From contig NC_042998.1 in the NCBI RefSeq assembly GCF_006345805.1, positions 166,594,001 to 166,658,000 on the forward strand: 64,000 bases of DNA, given 5' to 3'. The position numbers and the translations under genes are program-made. Shown here piece by piece: positions 1 through 13,884 of this stretch. This DNA comes from Octopus sinensis (lineage: Eukaryota). The notes under the pieces are model-generated. The model did no database searches and was not told the DNA's origin. It worked only from the letters and a program-made list of their open reading frames with translations. Within the stretch, counting starts at the first letter, position 1; each line of letters opens with the position of its first letter.

Positions 1-604
1 ATTCATACACAAGAGTATTATTATAGTAGATCATCTCTGTAACCATGAGAGCTATGAAAATAAAATACAAAGCCCAGCATCACCACCAGATCATTCTACA
101 CATCTGTGTAATCTTTCACGCAATTCCACCCAACCGTTTGACTGTGAATCCCAAGACAAGAAAGAATCGCCCATGTCAAATTTATATATATATATATTTG
201 TGTTTGTGTATATATATATATGAATATATGTTTGTATGTATGTATATACATACATATATATATCGAAACAAGGAGGAATACCACAGTCGACGACTGAGGA
301 GGAGTCAGACTTCTTTTGGTATTTTGTCCTGTACTTATCTCTCGTTGTGTGTTCACGTATATTTCACTCGTTGGTAATCCTGTTTATATACATATATATA
401 TAATGTGGTTTTAGAGTCAGGTTTTGGCTGCTATATCTAGCATGGTGGCATCTTTCAGATACCCTTAATTATAATTTTAATAATAATTATTAGCTTTGAG
501 GTTTTTTATTCCCAGTGGTATTTTGACCATATCGCACGAAGAGTTTTAGGCGGGCAATTTAAACTGGTCATGTGAATACGTGCATATATTATATATATGT
601 ATAC

Positions 605-1050
<446 letters not shown>

Positions 1051-1904
1051 GAATATACACACACACAAACACACATACATGCCTACATACATATACACGA
1101 TGGTCTTCCACAGAGTTTCCGTAAACCAAATTCACTCGCGACGCATTGGTCAGTTCGGCGTTATAGTAGAAGACACTTACTCAAGGTAACGTGTAGTGGG
1201 GTTAAGCCATCGGGTTCCTTGCAGTTTGTTTGAAAAAGTAAAATTTCTATATCCATCATCAACATTCTAAAACCTTTGTAGTCTCTTGTAGAGAATCACA
1301 GCATGTCACTTCGTGTCACTTCTTCTCATAGTATGAGACCAATGCAGTTGCTAGAGACATTACCGCCGGAATTTTAATTTTAGACACTAAATTTATTAAC
1401 CAACGGTCGAATGTTCGTGTATTTAATTTTATTTGCGACTAGTGTATTTTGTCTTGTGTATATCTCAACGCGCTTCTTTGTAAGTATTGCCCGATATTCG
1501 TCAGTTTTTGTGGGAATTCTATAGATTAAATACGTGCTGCTCTATATGATTTAGTTCGATGTTTTCTTTTCTATTGTGCGTTCTATTGTAAAGACATAGA
1601 GAAGTGGAGCGTCCTGGTCGTACTTATATTAACCATTATTACAGTTGAGGTATATAACTTTCACTTTAAATCTGCTTTACAAACACAATTGTTGATCGTA
1701 TATCTTTCGCGTGTTGTTGCATGCCTGTGGTTTGTTGTTGATAACATGACTTTACAATTTTACTGTTTTGGTTAGTACTTTAGATGATAAAATCTGAGGT
1801 GTAACCGCAATAAAATACGAGGAGTACTTCTCACAAAGTGCCTAAAATTGCATGTTTCTTTTAAAAAAATTGGTGTACCTTAACATTTCATATATAATTT
1901 TAAC

Positions 1905-2110
1905 TATACTTGTTTTCAGTCAATGGATTGCGGTCATGCTGGAGCACTGCCTTGAAGGTTTTAGTCGAACAAATCACCTCCAGTACTTATCTATTTTAAA
2001 GTCTGATAGTTATTCTATCGGTCTTTCTGCCGAAGTGGTAAGATACGAGGATGCAAACAACCTAATACCAGTTGCTAAGTGTCGGGAGAGACACACATAA
2101 ACACAAGCAC
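1905..2110 (-). mobile_element. SINE family A tail fragment
   Basis: Reverse complement of the family A tail (GCGGTCATGCTGGAGCAC..TATTCTATCGGTCT). Confidence 0.7.
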
Positions 2111-2269
2111 TCAGATTCACACACACACACACACACGCACACACACATACACACACACACTCTCGCACGCAAGCACACGCGCGCGCGCACTAATGAGGAA
2201 TTAGGTACGAATTTTCTGTTTGTAAAGTTTTTGTAAAATCTTCCGTTTGTTATGCTTTTGTTAACTTTT

Positions 2270-2456
2270 TAACCATATAAATGTATATATATATGATCGC
2301 TAGCCACTACACATTCTTCATTTTCTGTGTTCCTTTCTGTAGAAGAGCGTAGGCTCGAAACGTTAAATACTTTTTCACTTCCTGAGCGTTAAACTAATAC
2401 GTCTGTTTGTTTTCTACACCACCTGTCTTCTTTTGTTTTTTACGTGAATTCTCACT
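2270..2456 (+). mobile_element. Solo Penelope-like terminal repeat (pLTR) with a minimal hammerhead-like motif
   Basis: Homologous to the reverse complement of 25975-26160, which terminates a GIY-YIG element; contains GAAGAGCGTAGGCTCGAAACGTT. Confidence 0.65.
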
Positions 2457-2494
2457 ATATATATATATATATATATATACAGACAGATAGATTG

Positions 2495-2530
2495 ATACAT
2501 ACATACATACAAACATACATACATACATAC

Positions 2531-2561
<31 letters not shown>

Positions 2562-2635
2562 CATACATACATACATACATACATACATACATACATACAT
2601 ACATACATACATACATACATACATACATACATACA

Positions 2636-2662
<27 letters not shown>
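2495..2662. repeat. (CATA)n microsatellite
   Basis: Directly visible. Confidence 0.95.
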
Positions 2663-2666
<4 letters not shown>

Positions 2667-3037
2667 GTGTGTGTGTATGTATGTAAGTATGTACGTATAT
2701 TGAAAGGTGCAATTTTAGCCATACTGTTAAGTGTAATCAAACTGGTTGAACTACAAGATCTATCTCACCAAAATACTTAAGAACGGACTAAAACTGAAAG
2801 TAATCTTATCAATAACAAACCACAACCACCACAACCTGCGAACGAGATATTATTAGCAAATTTTGACTGATAAACACGATTGCTAAAGTGAAAGTTGTAC
2901 ACCTTGTTCATGCTGCTACTACACACTCGAACTAGCTCACCCATTGCACTTACGACGAGAAGCAATTACGATACTACAAAGAAAATATTATTGGACATTA
3001 TTTACTCTATAGAATTCTTACAAAATCCATGATAGAA

Positions 3038-4320
3038 TATCAGATCATCCTATAAGTTCTGTCAGAATTTTTAATAAAGAAAACAGGTGATCAAATGTTA
3101 TATTTAATTGAAATTTAATCATCAATGTACTTTCCCTGATTATCTATGACTTCCTTCCATCTATTTACAAGCTTTTTAATCCCATCAGTGCAAAACTCTT
3201 TTGGTTTCAAAGTGAAGAACTCTGAAATGTGACCTCCTCCTGACTTGCGAAAATTATGTCCCTCAAATGATTCTGTAAACTACGAAACAAGTGGTAGTCT
3301 GAAGGAGCAAGGTCGGGAGAATAAGGTGGATGAGGATTTTTTTCCCAACCAAGCTCTTCGATCTTCTGTAATGTGATCTTTGCTGTGTTGGGTCGCGCAT
3401 TGCCCTGATGAAACCTCACTCCTTTTCGATTCACAAAAGCGTGTCTTTTTTTCTTCAAACCTTGGTCCAAACACTCTAATTGCTGGACTTGAGCATTGAT
3501 TGTTGATTGTTGCATTAGGCGGTAACAATTCAAAGTGAATTATTCCTTTGCAATCCCGCCAGATAGAGAGAATCTTTTTCCCATGAAGTTCCCTTCTTGG
3601 TTGTGGTTGAGCTTTTTCCCTTTTACCAAGCCACTATTTACGACGTTTAAGATTTCGATAGAAGATCCATTTTTCGTCACCAGTCACAAATCTATCCAAA
3701 AAGGGTGAAATGAGTTCGCGAGAATGGAGAGAAGATCAGATGTCAACTCGGGATTCACGGTTGCTTTCGGACAATTCATGAGGCTCCCATTTTCCAAGTT
3801 TAGGAAACTTTTCAAGTTGTTGAAGATGACGATGAACAGTTGTATGGTTTAAACTAAGCTTTATTGCCAATTCTTCAACTGATAATGCAGGTTTTTCTTC
3901 AATTAATGCCTCAAGGAGCTTGTCATCAAACTCAACTGGACGTCCTGTTCTATCTTCATCTTCAAGGCTGAAATCTCTACTTCTGATTTTTGCAAACCAT
4001 CTTCTGCAAGTTCTTTCATTCACACATTCTTTCCCATAAACTGAGTGTATGTTTCGAGTCGCTTCGACTGCAGAGTTTCCTTTTTTGTACTCATAAAGCA
4101 TTATGTGCCTCAAATGCTCTTTGGATGCTTCCATATTAGAAAGGGTTTTAATCAAAGACATTTTAATTCTATTATTCAGTAAAATAACATTCAATTAGTT
4201 TAAATGCACACAAATACATAACAATAATTTACGATTCCATTAGACATTCTAAAATACTATTAAATTTCATTCAGTTTTAAAAAAGGTGAAATCGGACAGA
4301 ACTTATGGGATGACCTGATA
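3038..4320 (-). mobile_element. Full-length mariner (Tc1/mariner, DD34D) DNA transposon, inactive
   Basis: TIRs TATCAGATCATCCTATAAGTTCTGTC (3038) and GACAGAACTTATGGGATGACCTGATA (ends 4320), TA termini, about 1.28 kb, transposase inside. Confidence 0.93.
3115..4134 (-). pseudogene. Mariner transposase, frameshifted
   Basis: HTH region (CVNERTCRRWFAK), WEPHEL (WVPHEL motif), VTGDEKW, HQGNARP (second catalytic D lost), YSPDLAPSDYHLF; split over several frames. Confidence 0.92.
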
Positions 4321-5519
4321 GTTTCAGCTTTCCTCCTAACCGAGATCAAAAACCAGTCAGATAAGAAACAGTGGATCTAGCTGCAGACTCCATCATCATC
4401 ACCTCTAAAACAAGAATTGTGACTCATAATTTTTTAAGTTCTGTATATTTTAGTTCATTCCTTCCATGTAGCCACTCCACATAACCCTTGATATACCCAC
4501 TAGAAGCATTACACTTTCTTTGGAAACGCGTGCCGCACATTATTCTCTAACTCTTTCATATTTTAACAGTCTCCTTTCATGAGCTACCCGCACCATATGC
4601 GGTGTCTACTAATGAAGGGGGCGATAATTACGCCGAATACCGTGACTTGTAGTCCATTTTGACCCTTGTAGCAAGTGTGCTATTAGCATATTTCGTCTCT
4701 CAGAAAAAAGTTTTCTTCAATACGACAGTCTACAGCGAAGTGCCATATTCACGTTCGAGTAAGCAGGAACGTGATAGGAATGACTATACACATCAATGTA
4801 CGCGTGCGCACATCCTTGTTTTTTTTGTGTTGTGTGTGTGTGTATGTGTGCGTGTGTGTGCGTGTATGTGCGTGTGCGTGTGTGCGTGTGTGAGTGTGTA
4901 TGTGTTCATATATATGCATAACTATAACGACAAATATCACAGCACATTCCCCCTACATCATCCTCTGCATACACCTTGCTTAAATTAAGAACGGGAAGCG
5001 ACCACTTTGTAAAAGAGATACCTGCCTTAAACTTTATCTATTTGCTTCATCGAATTCCCATGTGACTTTACTTATTTCATATAAGTTTTAAAAAGAATTT
5101 TATGTTCCCCTTAAACCATAGTTTACTCTGTGTCTGGACACTTTACATATAAAAGCTTATCATTATGTCATCATTTTCGGAATCCTCTGATCATTTATCC
5201 AAGCAAGACAGCCTGTCTAATTGAAACAAAACGTTATTTGCGCATCATTAACTTGAAACTCATGGCAACAGCTCCCTTCAAAATCCGTGTCTGGAGTTCG
5301 GTGAACGCAGTTGAAATACAGAACAATTCTTAAGCAATATCTGATAAAAGTACTCAAGAACCTTTACATATTACTTGTAAAAGAGCAATAACTCAAGTGA
5401 ACGAAGGAAAGAAATCTATAAACAAATACTGATTTTTATCTACTGTTGTCTATTTCGTGATGTCGTCTGATGCCTTGCAGATATTTTTGTGTTGAAGGAG
5501 CAAGAACGGCTGAATTTGC

Positions 5520-6380
5520 TACTGAACTAAACAAACTTCAACTAAGCTTCACATTTGTATTTCCTGGGGCAAACTGGAAGTTCTTGCCCAAGCTGATGTA
5601 GAAATATGGTCCATTAGAATTTTTACATCTTCAGTAGAATGTGCAATTAAGTCGCAGTCATCCACGTAAAGAAGATCATGAATAATGGATTGATAGTCGT
5701 TTGTATTTGCTAGCAAAACACCGCAAATTGAAGCGACTACCAGAAGACCATGCCTTACATACATCCCAGAAGAGCGTTCGTCAGCAAAAACAGATGCATG
5801 AACAAAATTCAAAAGCAAGTAGCTTATGCTAAGAACATCACTACGTTTAACATCATTGTCTACAGGAACGGATCTTGCCATACTGCCACTGACAATGAGC
5901 CATATATATTTCCATTTCATCGAGAAGTAATGTGAACAACGAAGATTGCAGAATGTTCTCTTTGGGGATGCTCTATTCACAGAACCGAAAGCTTTTGTAA
6001 AGTCAATGAAAACCTAAACAAAATTATGCTTTGCACTCTCTTCCGTCTATCGTACAATGAAAATCATATCTATTGTTCCTCTGCCAGAACAGAAACCACA
6101 ACTTATGAAGTGGACAAGATAACCTTGATCTGGAAAATTTATGACCGTATGTCTTGCTAAGGCTAGGATCGCTAGTCACCAACGAAGTCATCAAATCAAA
6201 CAAGAATCTGACTACAGTCAGTATGTTCGAGACAAAAACTTTCGTAACATGTAATAATACTTGTGGGAAGGTTTTCAAGTCTATTTGGTGGTTTAAAAAG
6301 GCACATTGCTAATATAACGGAATGCGTACTTCTGCAAACTGTTGTGCACATAAGCTGCTTTGTCTGGAAAGGTTGCCAAC
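5520..6380 (-). mobile_element. Degenerate RTE-like LINE reverse transcriptase fragment
   Basis: FIDFTKAFGSVNR near 5970-6010 and HDLLYVDDCDLIAHS (cf. RTE DLLFADDCAL.AHS) in ORF 5549..5980. Confidence 0.75.
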
Positions 6381-7015
6381 ATAGTTAGAAAAAGAAAAGA
6401 TGAAGAAGTAGAAGGAGGAAGATGGGGTGATAGTGGAAGAGAATGTGGACGAGGAGGACAAGGGAGTAGAGGAAGACGCCTGCCGAAATTAACAAAAACA
6501 AAATCAAAAATACAACAAAGAAAAGAAAATTTTCTCAGTTCCAAGAGAACATAGACACATGGTAAAAAGAGAATGAGCAGCAGCGTCTGTTAAATTAGAC
6601 TTTAATGCAACGACCAGTTAATTTTGTTTTGATAAGAAAAATGAGACTTGTCGCGCTTCGCTATCAGAAATGCTCACTTCTTCAAACTCGTCCAAAAAAG
6701 ACATTATAGACGATAGTGGGTACTAAAGGTTCGAGTTGCATGGAGATAGCATGAAAACGAGAGTAATACAAGACACACAAACAAATAAAACAAACAAACA
6801 AACAAACAAACAGAAAAACAAACAAATAAGTAAATAGGGCTGGCATGGATTCGTTGCAAACACTAGTTTTCTCGGGTATTTTTAATTTAAATTTTTGTTG
6901 TTGCTGTTATTTATGATGTGTAGCACGGTTATTTAAAATGCATAATGGTTTTGTGTATGACATAACACATTTGCACAAACTTATGCTTATGACACAACAG
7001 TATTATACACACAAA

Positions 7016-7247
7016 GGCGGCGAGCTGGCAGAATCGTTAGCACGTCGGGCGAAATGCCGAACGGTATTTCGTCTGCCGTTACGTTGTGAGTTCAATTTTC
7101 GCCGAGGTCGACTTTGCCTTTCATCCTTTCGGGGTCGATTAATTAAGTACCAGTTACGCACTGGAGTCGATATAATCGACTTAATCCGTCTGTCTGTCCT
7201 TGTTTGTCCCCCTCTGTGTTTAGCCCCTTGTGGGAAGTAAAGAAATA
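7016..7247 (+). mobile_element. SINE family B (tRNA-like head, GCCTTTCATCCTTTCGGGGTCGAT core), full length with TSD
   Basis: GGCGGCGAGCTGGCAGAATCG A-box-like head, GAGTTCAA B box; direct repeat AGTATTATACACACA at 6999-7013 and 7248-7262. Confidence 0.9.
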
Positions 7248-7268
7248 AGTATTATACACACACACACC

Positions 7269-7328
<60 letters not shown>

Positions 7329-7338
7329 CATACATACA

Positions 7339-7373
<35 letters not shown>

Positions 7374-7651
7374 GTGCGAGAGTGTATGTGTTTGTGTGTA
7401 AAATGTATTTGTGTATATTTGTATATGTTTATATATTTAGGCATATGTTTGTATTAGCGTGGTTGCGTGTTTATTTTATGAGTATAATACATTTGGATAA
7501 ATGTACACATTCAAATGCCATGTGTAATATGTGTACATATACATACACGCATAAAATTAGTGTGCATGCTTGCATATTTATGTGTGTGCGTGTATGTGCG
7601 TGTGTACACACACACACATGCACATATATATATATGTATATATATCATATA

Positions 7652-7867
7652 TAGGCGCAGGTGTGGCTTCCCAGCCACATGGTTCCGGGTTCCCAACCAC
7701 ATGGTCCCGGGTTCCACACCACATGGTTCCGAGTTGCTTCCCAACCACATGTTTCCGGGTTCAGTCCAACTGCGTGGCACCTTGGGAAAATGTCTTATAC
7801 TATAGCCTCTGGCTGAACAAAGCCTTGTGAATGGATTTGATAGACGGAAACTGAAAGAAGCTCGTCG

Positions 7868-7922
<55 letters not shown>

Positions 7923-8195
7923 TGTGTGGTGTGTGTGTGTGTGTGTGTGTGCGTGCGTGCATGTGTTTGTATTTGTGTATCTGTGTTTGTGCGTGTATGT
8001 GTTTGTATTTGTGTATCTGTGTTTGTCCGATGCTGGTGTGTTTATGTCCCCGTATCCTACCGGTTCAGCAAAAAATCCGATAAAATAAGTACTAGGCTTA
8101 CAAAGAAGAAGTCCTGGGGTCGATTTGTTCGACTAAAGGCGGTGCTCCAGTATGGCTACAGTGAAATGACTGAAACAAGTAAAAGAATAAAAGAA
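7652..8195 (+). mobile_element. SINE family A, full length, with reiterated head segment
   Basis: GGCGCAGGTGTGGCT head, body, (TG)n insert, tail ending GAAACAAGTAAAAGAATAAAAGA. Confidence 0.88.
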
Positions 8196-8299
8196 GATAT
8201 ATATCAACAGGTTTCAAAATATTCTCCACCATTAATATAAACCGGTTAACAACGGAGGTGAATTGAGCTTCTGAATATAGTGTGTGTGTGTGTGTGTGT

Positions 8300-8333
<34 letters not shown>

Positions 8334-9062
8334 CATATATGGATATTTGTATATGTTTTTTTAAATATTTTTATGCGCTACATAAACATATGTATATGTA
8401 CACATTCATATAGACATCTATCCATCCATCCATATATATACACACATCCATACATACATACATACATCATACATACATACATACATACATACATACAACA
8501 TACATACATACATACATACATACATACATGCATACATAGAAAACTGTTCACCATATCAGTTTGGGCGTGGAATATCAATGTCATTTCCGTTTAAAGGATT
8601 GGCGTACTAGATTTCTTAAGGTCTGTACGTGCTAAAGAGGTAGAAACAGCCAAAGACTAAAAATAAAACAGTAAAGAATATAAAAGAAACGTATAGAAGA
8701 ATCTTGACGTAAGGTGGTTCATGATAGTAACAAAAACTTATTGTTTGAGTTAAGGAAACACGTTCTTGAAAGCACAAGAATGGAATTAAACGAGAGAAAT
8801 AAAGTTTCGAATATACGAAGGAACTATATCATAAAGTAAGAATAGAAAGATTAATTAGAAAGTGGAAGTAATGTGATGAATACTATATTTAAAGAAAGAA
8901 AAATATTAACTGTTGAATAGCGATATTCAAGAGAAAGTATAACGAAATTAAATGAAATTGTTTTCTTATAGATGCGTGGATATAGATCGCATTGCAATCA
9001 AGTGGTCTCGCTTTGAGTTGCACTGAGTGACATATTCGATAAGTGTCTAAATCATGCCAGTC

Positions 9063-9107
<45 letters not shown>

Positions 9108-9264
9108 TGTGTGTGTGTGTGCTTATATATATATATGCATGCATTGTGACGGTGTGTTGCTTAGTGATAGGGTGTTACATTTACGATCACAAGTTAGAAT
9201 TAAAGAATTACGAATATACGAATGTTACTCAGAAGATGAGGGAATATATATATATAATGATTTC

Positions 9265-9470
9265 AAATTTTGGTTCAAGGTCAACAATTTCAGGGATGGG
9301 GTACATAGATTACATTCATCCCAGTGCTCCTCTGGTCCTTATTTTATTGGCCGCGAAAGGATGAAAAGCAAAGTCGACCTCGGCAGAATTTGAACTCAGA
9401 ACATAAAGACAGACGAAATCCCGCTAAGCATTTCGCCCGGTGTACTAACGATCCTGCCACCTCGCCGCCT
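9265..9470 (-). mobile_element. SINE family B (alternative tail type)
   Basis: GAAAGGATGAAAAGCAAAGTCGACCTCGGCAGAATTTGAACTC..TCGCCGCC. Confidence 0.8.
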
Positions 9471-10300
9471 TCATCCATACATATATACATATATATATAT
9501 ATATTTATATATACATATATATGTGGATTGAATTCAACAGGGTCCATACAAAATAGCAGTAATATGCTGCAGTATAATTCAGTCGATGTTATTCAATCAC
9601 CTGTACATCAACTATCGATAAATTTTCAGTCGCATATATTCATCAATCTGCGTAGCAATCTCCCTTAATTGGAGAGGGGGGGTAAAAATGACATGTCTAT
9701 TTTCCCTCATCTTCTGACTAACTTATTCGTATATTCGTAATTCTTTAATTCTAACTTACATTAGTTATTCAACTGCAACCATGCTGATTCATGCTGATTC
9801 ATGTTGAAGAGAATAGTCAAACAAATAAACCTCAGTACTCATTTAATAAATCTGGTACTAATTCTATCGGTATCTTGTGGAACCGCTAGGCTACATTGTC
9901 GTAAACAAATCACCAACGAATGTGAAACCTTGGTGGTAACAAACAGAAGACAAGCACACACAGCGTACATCTATACATACGTACATGAACATCCATACAT
10001 CAATCCATACATCCTGCATGGCCAGTTGAGAGCTGAACAATTTCTTGCATGGATGATTTGTTTATAGCGATGAAACGTTTTCGCTGTACATTAGTTCACT
10101 GCCTTCATCACATCAGCTCTGCCTGTACAGATCCACTGTGTGTCATAAATCAGGTGTCCAAATGATTACAGAGCAATATGAACTGGAATGATGTGATTAA
10201 GAGTACAACGTACAGCTTGGACCAGGAATGGAAACCACGATCTTTTGATCGCAAATGTAACACCCTATCACGACGCAACACGCCTTCACACATAAATGCT

Positions 10301-10336
<36 letters not shown>

Positions 10337-10339
10337 ATA

Positions 10340-10642
10340 TCACCGTGACCGACCAGGCTATCAGATGTTGCTACACATCGCTAGTCACAAAGCGCTTCGC
10401 ATTGTTTTAGCCTTCAAATAACGCCACCCCGCTGGCTAAGCGAGCAGGCCAACAGAAGAAAGAGTGAGAGAAAGTTGTGGCGAAAGAGTACAGCAGGGAT
10501 CGGCACCACCCTCTGCCGAGCCTCGTGGAGCTTTTAAGTGTTTTTCGCTCAATAAACACTCACAACGCCCGGTCTGGGAATCGAAACCGCGATCCTATGA
10601 CCGCGAGTCCGGTGCCCTAACCACTGGGCCATTGCGCCTCCA
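10340..10642 (-). mobile_element. SINE family C (tRNA-Arg-like head)
   Basis: Reverse strand reads GGAGGCGCAATGGCCCAGTGGTTAGGGC..GGTTTCGATTCCCAGACC; same head as 30152. Confidence 0.8.
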
Positions 10643-10667
10643 CACACACACACACACACACACACAC

Positions 10668-10736
<69 letters not shown>

Positions 10737-10750
10737 CTCCATTATGTTTG

Positions 10751-10790
<40 letters not shown>

Positions 10791-11283
10791 CAAACATAAT
10801 GGAGTTGAATGACGTAAAGCATACAACCTGGTTTCCTATCGTTTCAGCGAAAGAACAACTCAGATAATGACTCAGAAATTAGATAGGAAAAATGAGTGTT
10901 TCTAATAATAACACAAGGTCACGAATTTCGAGGAAGAGCTGGTGTTTTAATTTTATAAACCGTCATATTTCGCTTGGGCTAATGTTATCGACCAAACCGG
11001 AAGTATGAGGTAGTTTCGTACCCGGTGCCACTGGGATTCTAAACGTAACAGGACTTAAATAAATATCGAAAACCAGGATAACAGCTTTACTATGCAATCA
11101 TAATAACTACGACAACAATATATTTGCCTAAAGCGCAGACATGGCTTCTGTTGATAAGAAGCTCGCTTTGCGACTACGACATTCCGGGTTCAGTTCCACT
11201 GCACGGCACTTGCTCAATGTCATCTACTACAGCGCTGCATTGACCAATGCCTTACGAATGCATTTGTTAAACAGAAGCCTTTG

Positions 11284-11314
<31 letters not shown>

Positions 11315-11451
11315 GTATGTATGTATGTATGTATGTATGTATGTTGTATGTATGTATGTATGTATGTATGTATGTATGTGTGTGTGTGTGTGAATGTATG
11401 TATGTATGTATGTATGTATGTATGTATGTATGTATGTATGTATGTATGTGT

Positions 11452-11660
11452 TTCTGAAAAGTTAGCTTTAAGAGTATCGCGAAAGGCTTGATTGGAGGCC
11501 CACCCTTCTGAGCTCTTTTACAGAGATTAGAAAAATTGAAGGACCGCTGCAATAAGTGTGTGAATTTGAGAAGGAATTATGTTAAATAAAATCACAATTA
11601 ACTGATCCTCCTGTATTTTCTTTTACTCAAAGCCAGGAACTTTTCACCATCCTCTCGTAT
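11452..11660 (+). mobile_element. Mariner-derived MITE (TIRs plus transposase C-terminal remnant)
   Basis: Remnant resembling GLEKLKDRCNKCVNLRRNYVK*; right TIR AAAGCCAGGAACTTTTCACCATCCTCTCGTA; paralog at 13179. Confidence 0.75.
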
Positions 11661-13165
11661 GTATGTATTTATGTATGTATGTATGTATGTATGTATGTAT
11701 GTATGTATGTATGTATGTATGTATGTATGTATGTATGTATGTACGCATGTATGTATGTATGTCCTTAAAGCCAGGAACTTTTCACCATCCTCTCGTATGT
11801 ATGTATTTATGTATGTACGTACGTATGTATGTATGTATCTACGTACGCATGTATGTATGTATGTCCTTAAAGCCAGGAACCTTTCACCATCCTCTCGTAT
11901 GTATGTATTTATGTATGTACGTATGTATGTATGTATGTATGTATGTATCTACGTACGCATGTATGTATGTATGTCCTTAAAGCCAAGAACTTTTCACCAT
12001 CCTCTCGTATGTATGTATTTATGTATGTACGTACGTATGTATGTATGTATGTATCTACGTACGCATGTATGTATGTATGTCCTTAAAGCCAGGAACTTTT
12101 CACCATCCTCTCGTATGTATGTATTTATGTATGTACGTACGTACGTATGTATGTATGTATGTATGTATGTATGTATGTATGTATGTATGTATGTATGTAT
12201 CTACGTACGCATGTATGTATGTATGTCCTTAAAGCCAGGAACTTTTCACCATCCTCTCGTATGTATGTATTTATGTATGTACGTATGTATGTATGTATGT
12301 ATGTATGTATGTATGTATGTATGTATGTATGTATGTATGTATCTACGTACGCATGTATGTATGTATGTCCTTAAAGCCAGGAACTTTTCACCATCCTCTC
12401 GTATGTATGTATTTATGTATGTACGTATGTATTATGTATGTATGTATGTATGTATGTATGTATGTATGTATGTATGTATGTATGTATCTACGTACGCATG
12501 TATGTATGTATGTCCTTAAAGCCAGGAACTTTTCACCATCCTCTCGTATGTATGTATTTATGTATGTACGTACGTATGTATGTATGTATGTATGTATGTA
12601 TGTATGTCCTTAAAGCCAGGAACTTTTCACCATCCTCTCGTATGTATGTATTTATGTATGTACGTACGTATGTATGTATGTATGTATGTATGTATGTATG
12701 TATGTATGTATGTATGTATGTATGTATGTATGTCCTTAAAGCCAGGAACTTTTCACCATCCTCTCGTATGTATGTATTTATGTATGTACGTATGTATGTA
12801 TGTATGTATGTATGTATGTATGTATGTATGTATGTATGTATATCCTTAAAGCCAGGAACGTTTCACCATCCTCTCGTATGTATGTATTTATGTATGTACG
12901 TACGTACGTATGTATGTATGTATGTATGTATGTATGTATGTATGTATGTATGTATGTGTGTATGTCCTTAAAGCCAGGAACCTTTCACCATCCTCTCGTA
13001 TGTATGTATTTATGTATGTACGTACGTATGTATGTATGTATGTGTGTATGTATGTATGTATGTATGTATGTATGTATGTATGTATGTATGTATGTATGTG
13101 TGTGTGCGTATGTATGTATGTATGTATGTCCTTAAAGCCAGGAACTTTTCAACAACCTCTCGTTT
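11629..13165. repeat. Composite tandem array: 13 copies of a mariner TIR separated by variable (TATG)n spacers
   Basis: AAAGCCAGGAACTTTTCACCATCCTCTCGTA recurs near 11629, 11763, 11865, 11975, 12081, 12227, 12369, 12514, 12608, 12734, 12844, 12966 and 13130. Confidence 0.95.
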
Positions 13166-13178
13166 GTATGTATGTATG

Positions 13179-13396
13179 TACAAGAGGGTGCTTAAAATCT
13201 CTTGGCTTTAAGGATATCGCGAAAGGCCTAGTTGGGGGCCCAAACTTCTGAGGTTTTTTACAGGGTTTAGAAAAACTGAAGAAAAACTGCAATAAGTGTG
13301 TGAATCTGAGACGGAAATATGTTAAATAAAATCATTATTAACTGGTCCTCCTGCATTTTTTTCTACCCAAAGCCAGAAACTTTTCAGTAGCCCTAG
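13179..13396 (+). mobile_element. Mariner-derived MITE, second copy
   Basis: TACAAGAGGGTGCTTAAAATCTCTTGGCTTT ... AAAGCCAGAAACTTTTCAGTAGCCCTA; interior similar to 11452-11660. Confidence 0.78.
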
Positions 13397-13579
13397 GTTT
13401 AATTGATGAATTATTTAATGAATACATTAGATTAAGTGATAAACACTTACAGCATGCAAATTAGTAGATCCAGTTCACTGAAGTTACCGCATTTGATGTG
13501 CATATAAGCAAAATTGCTGCCCGTTTCTCTAGGATTGGTCAAGTAATGGAGACACCCTTGATGAGATCCTACTAGTTCT

Positions 13580-13820
13580 TATATTCTTTTACACGTTTCA
13601 GTCATTTGACTGCGGCCATGTTGAAACACCACCTCAAAAGGTTTTAGCCGAACAAATCGACGCCAGGACTTATTTTTTGTCAGCCAAGTACTTATTTTGT
13701 TGGTGTCTTTTGCCGAATCGCAAGTTTACGAGGACATAAACACACCACCATAGGCTGTCAAGCGAAGGCGGGGGGGGCAAACACAGACACAAGGCACACA
13801 CATGAATATATACATACATA

Positions 13821-13884
<64 letters not shown>

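Noticed and set aside
11629-13165. CRISPR-like array (35-bp repeats with variable spacers)
   Set aside because: Spacers are TATG microsatellite, the repeat is a mariner TIR, there are no cas genes and the DNA is eukaryotic
11659-13251. Long ORFs rich in MYVC
   Set aside because: Stop-free translations of (TATG)n; the same applies to 59408-60480 and the many YI/CV/HT ORFs
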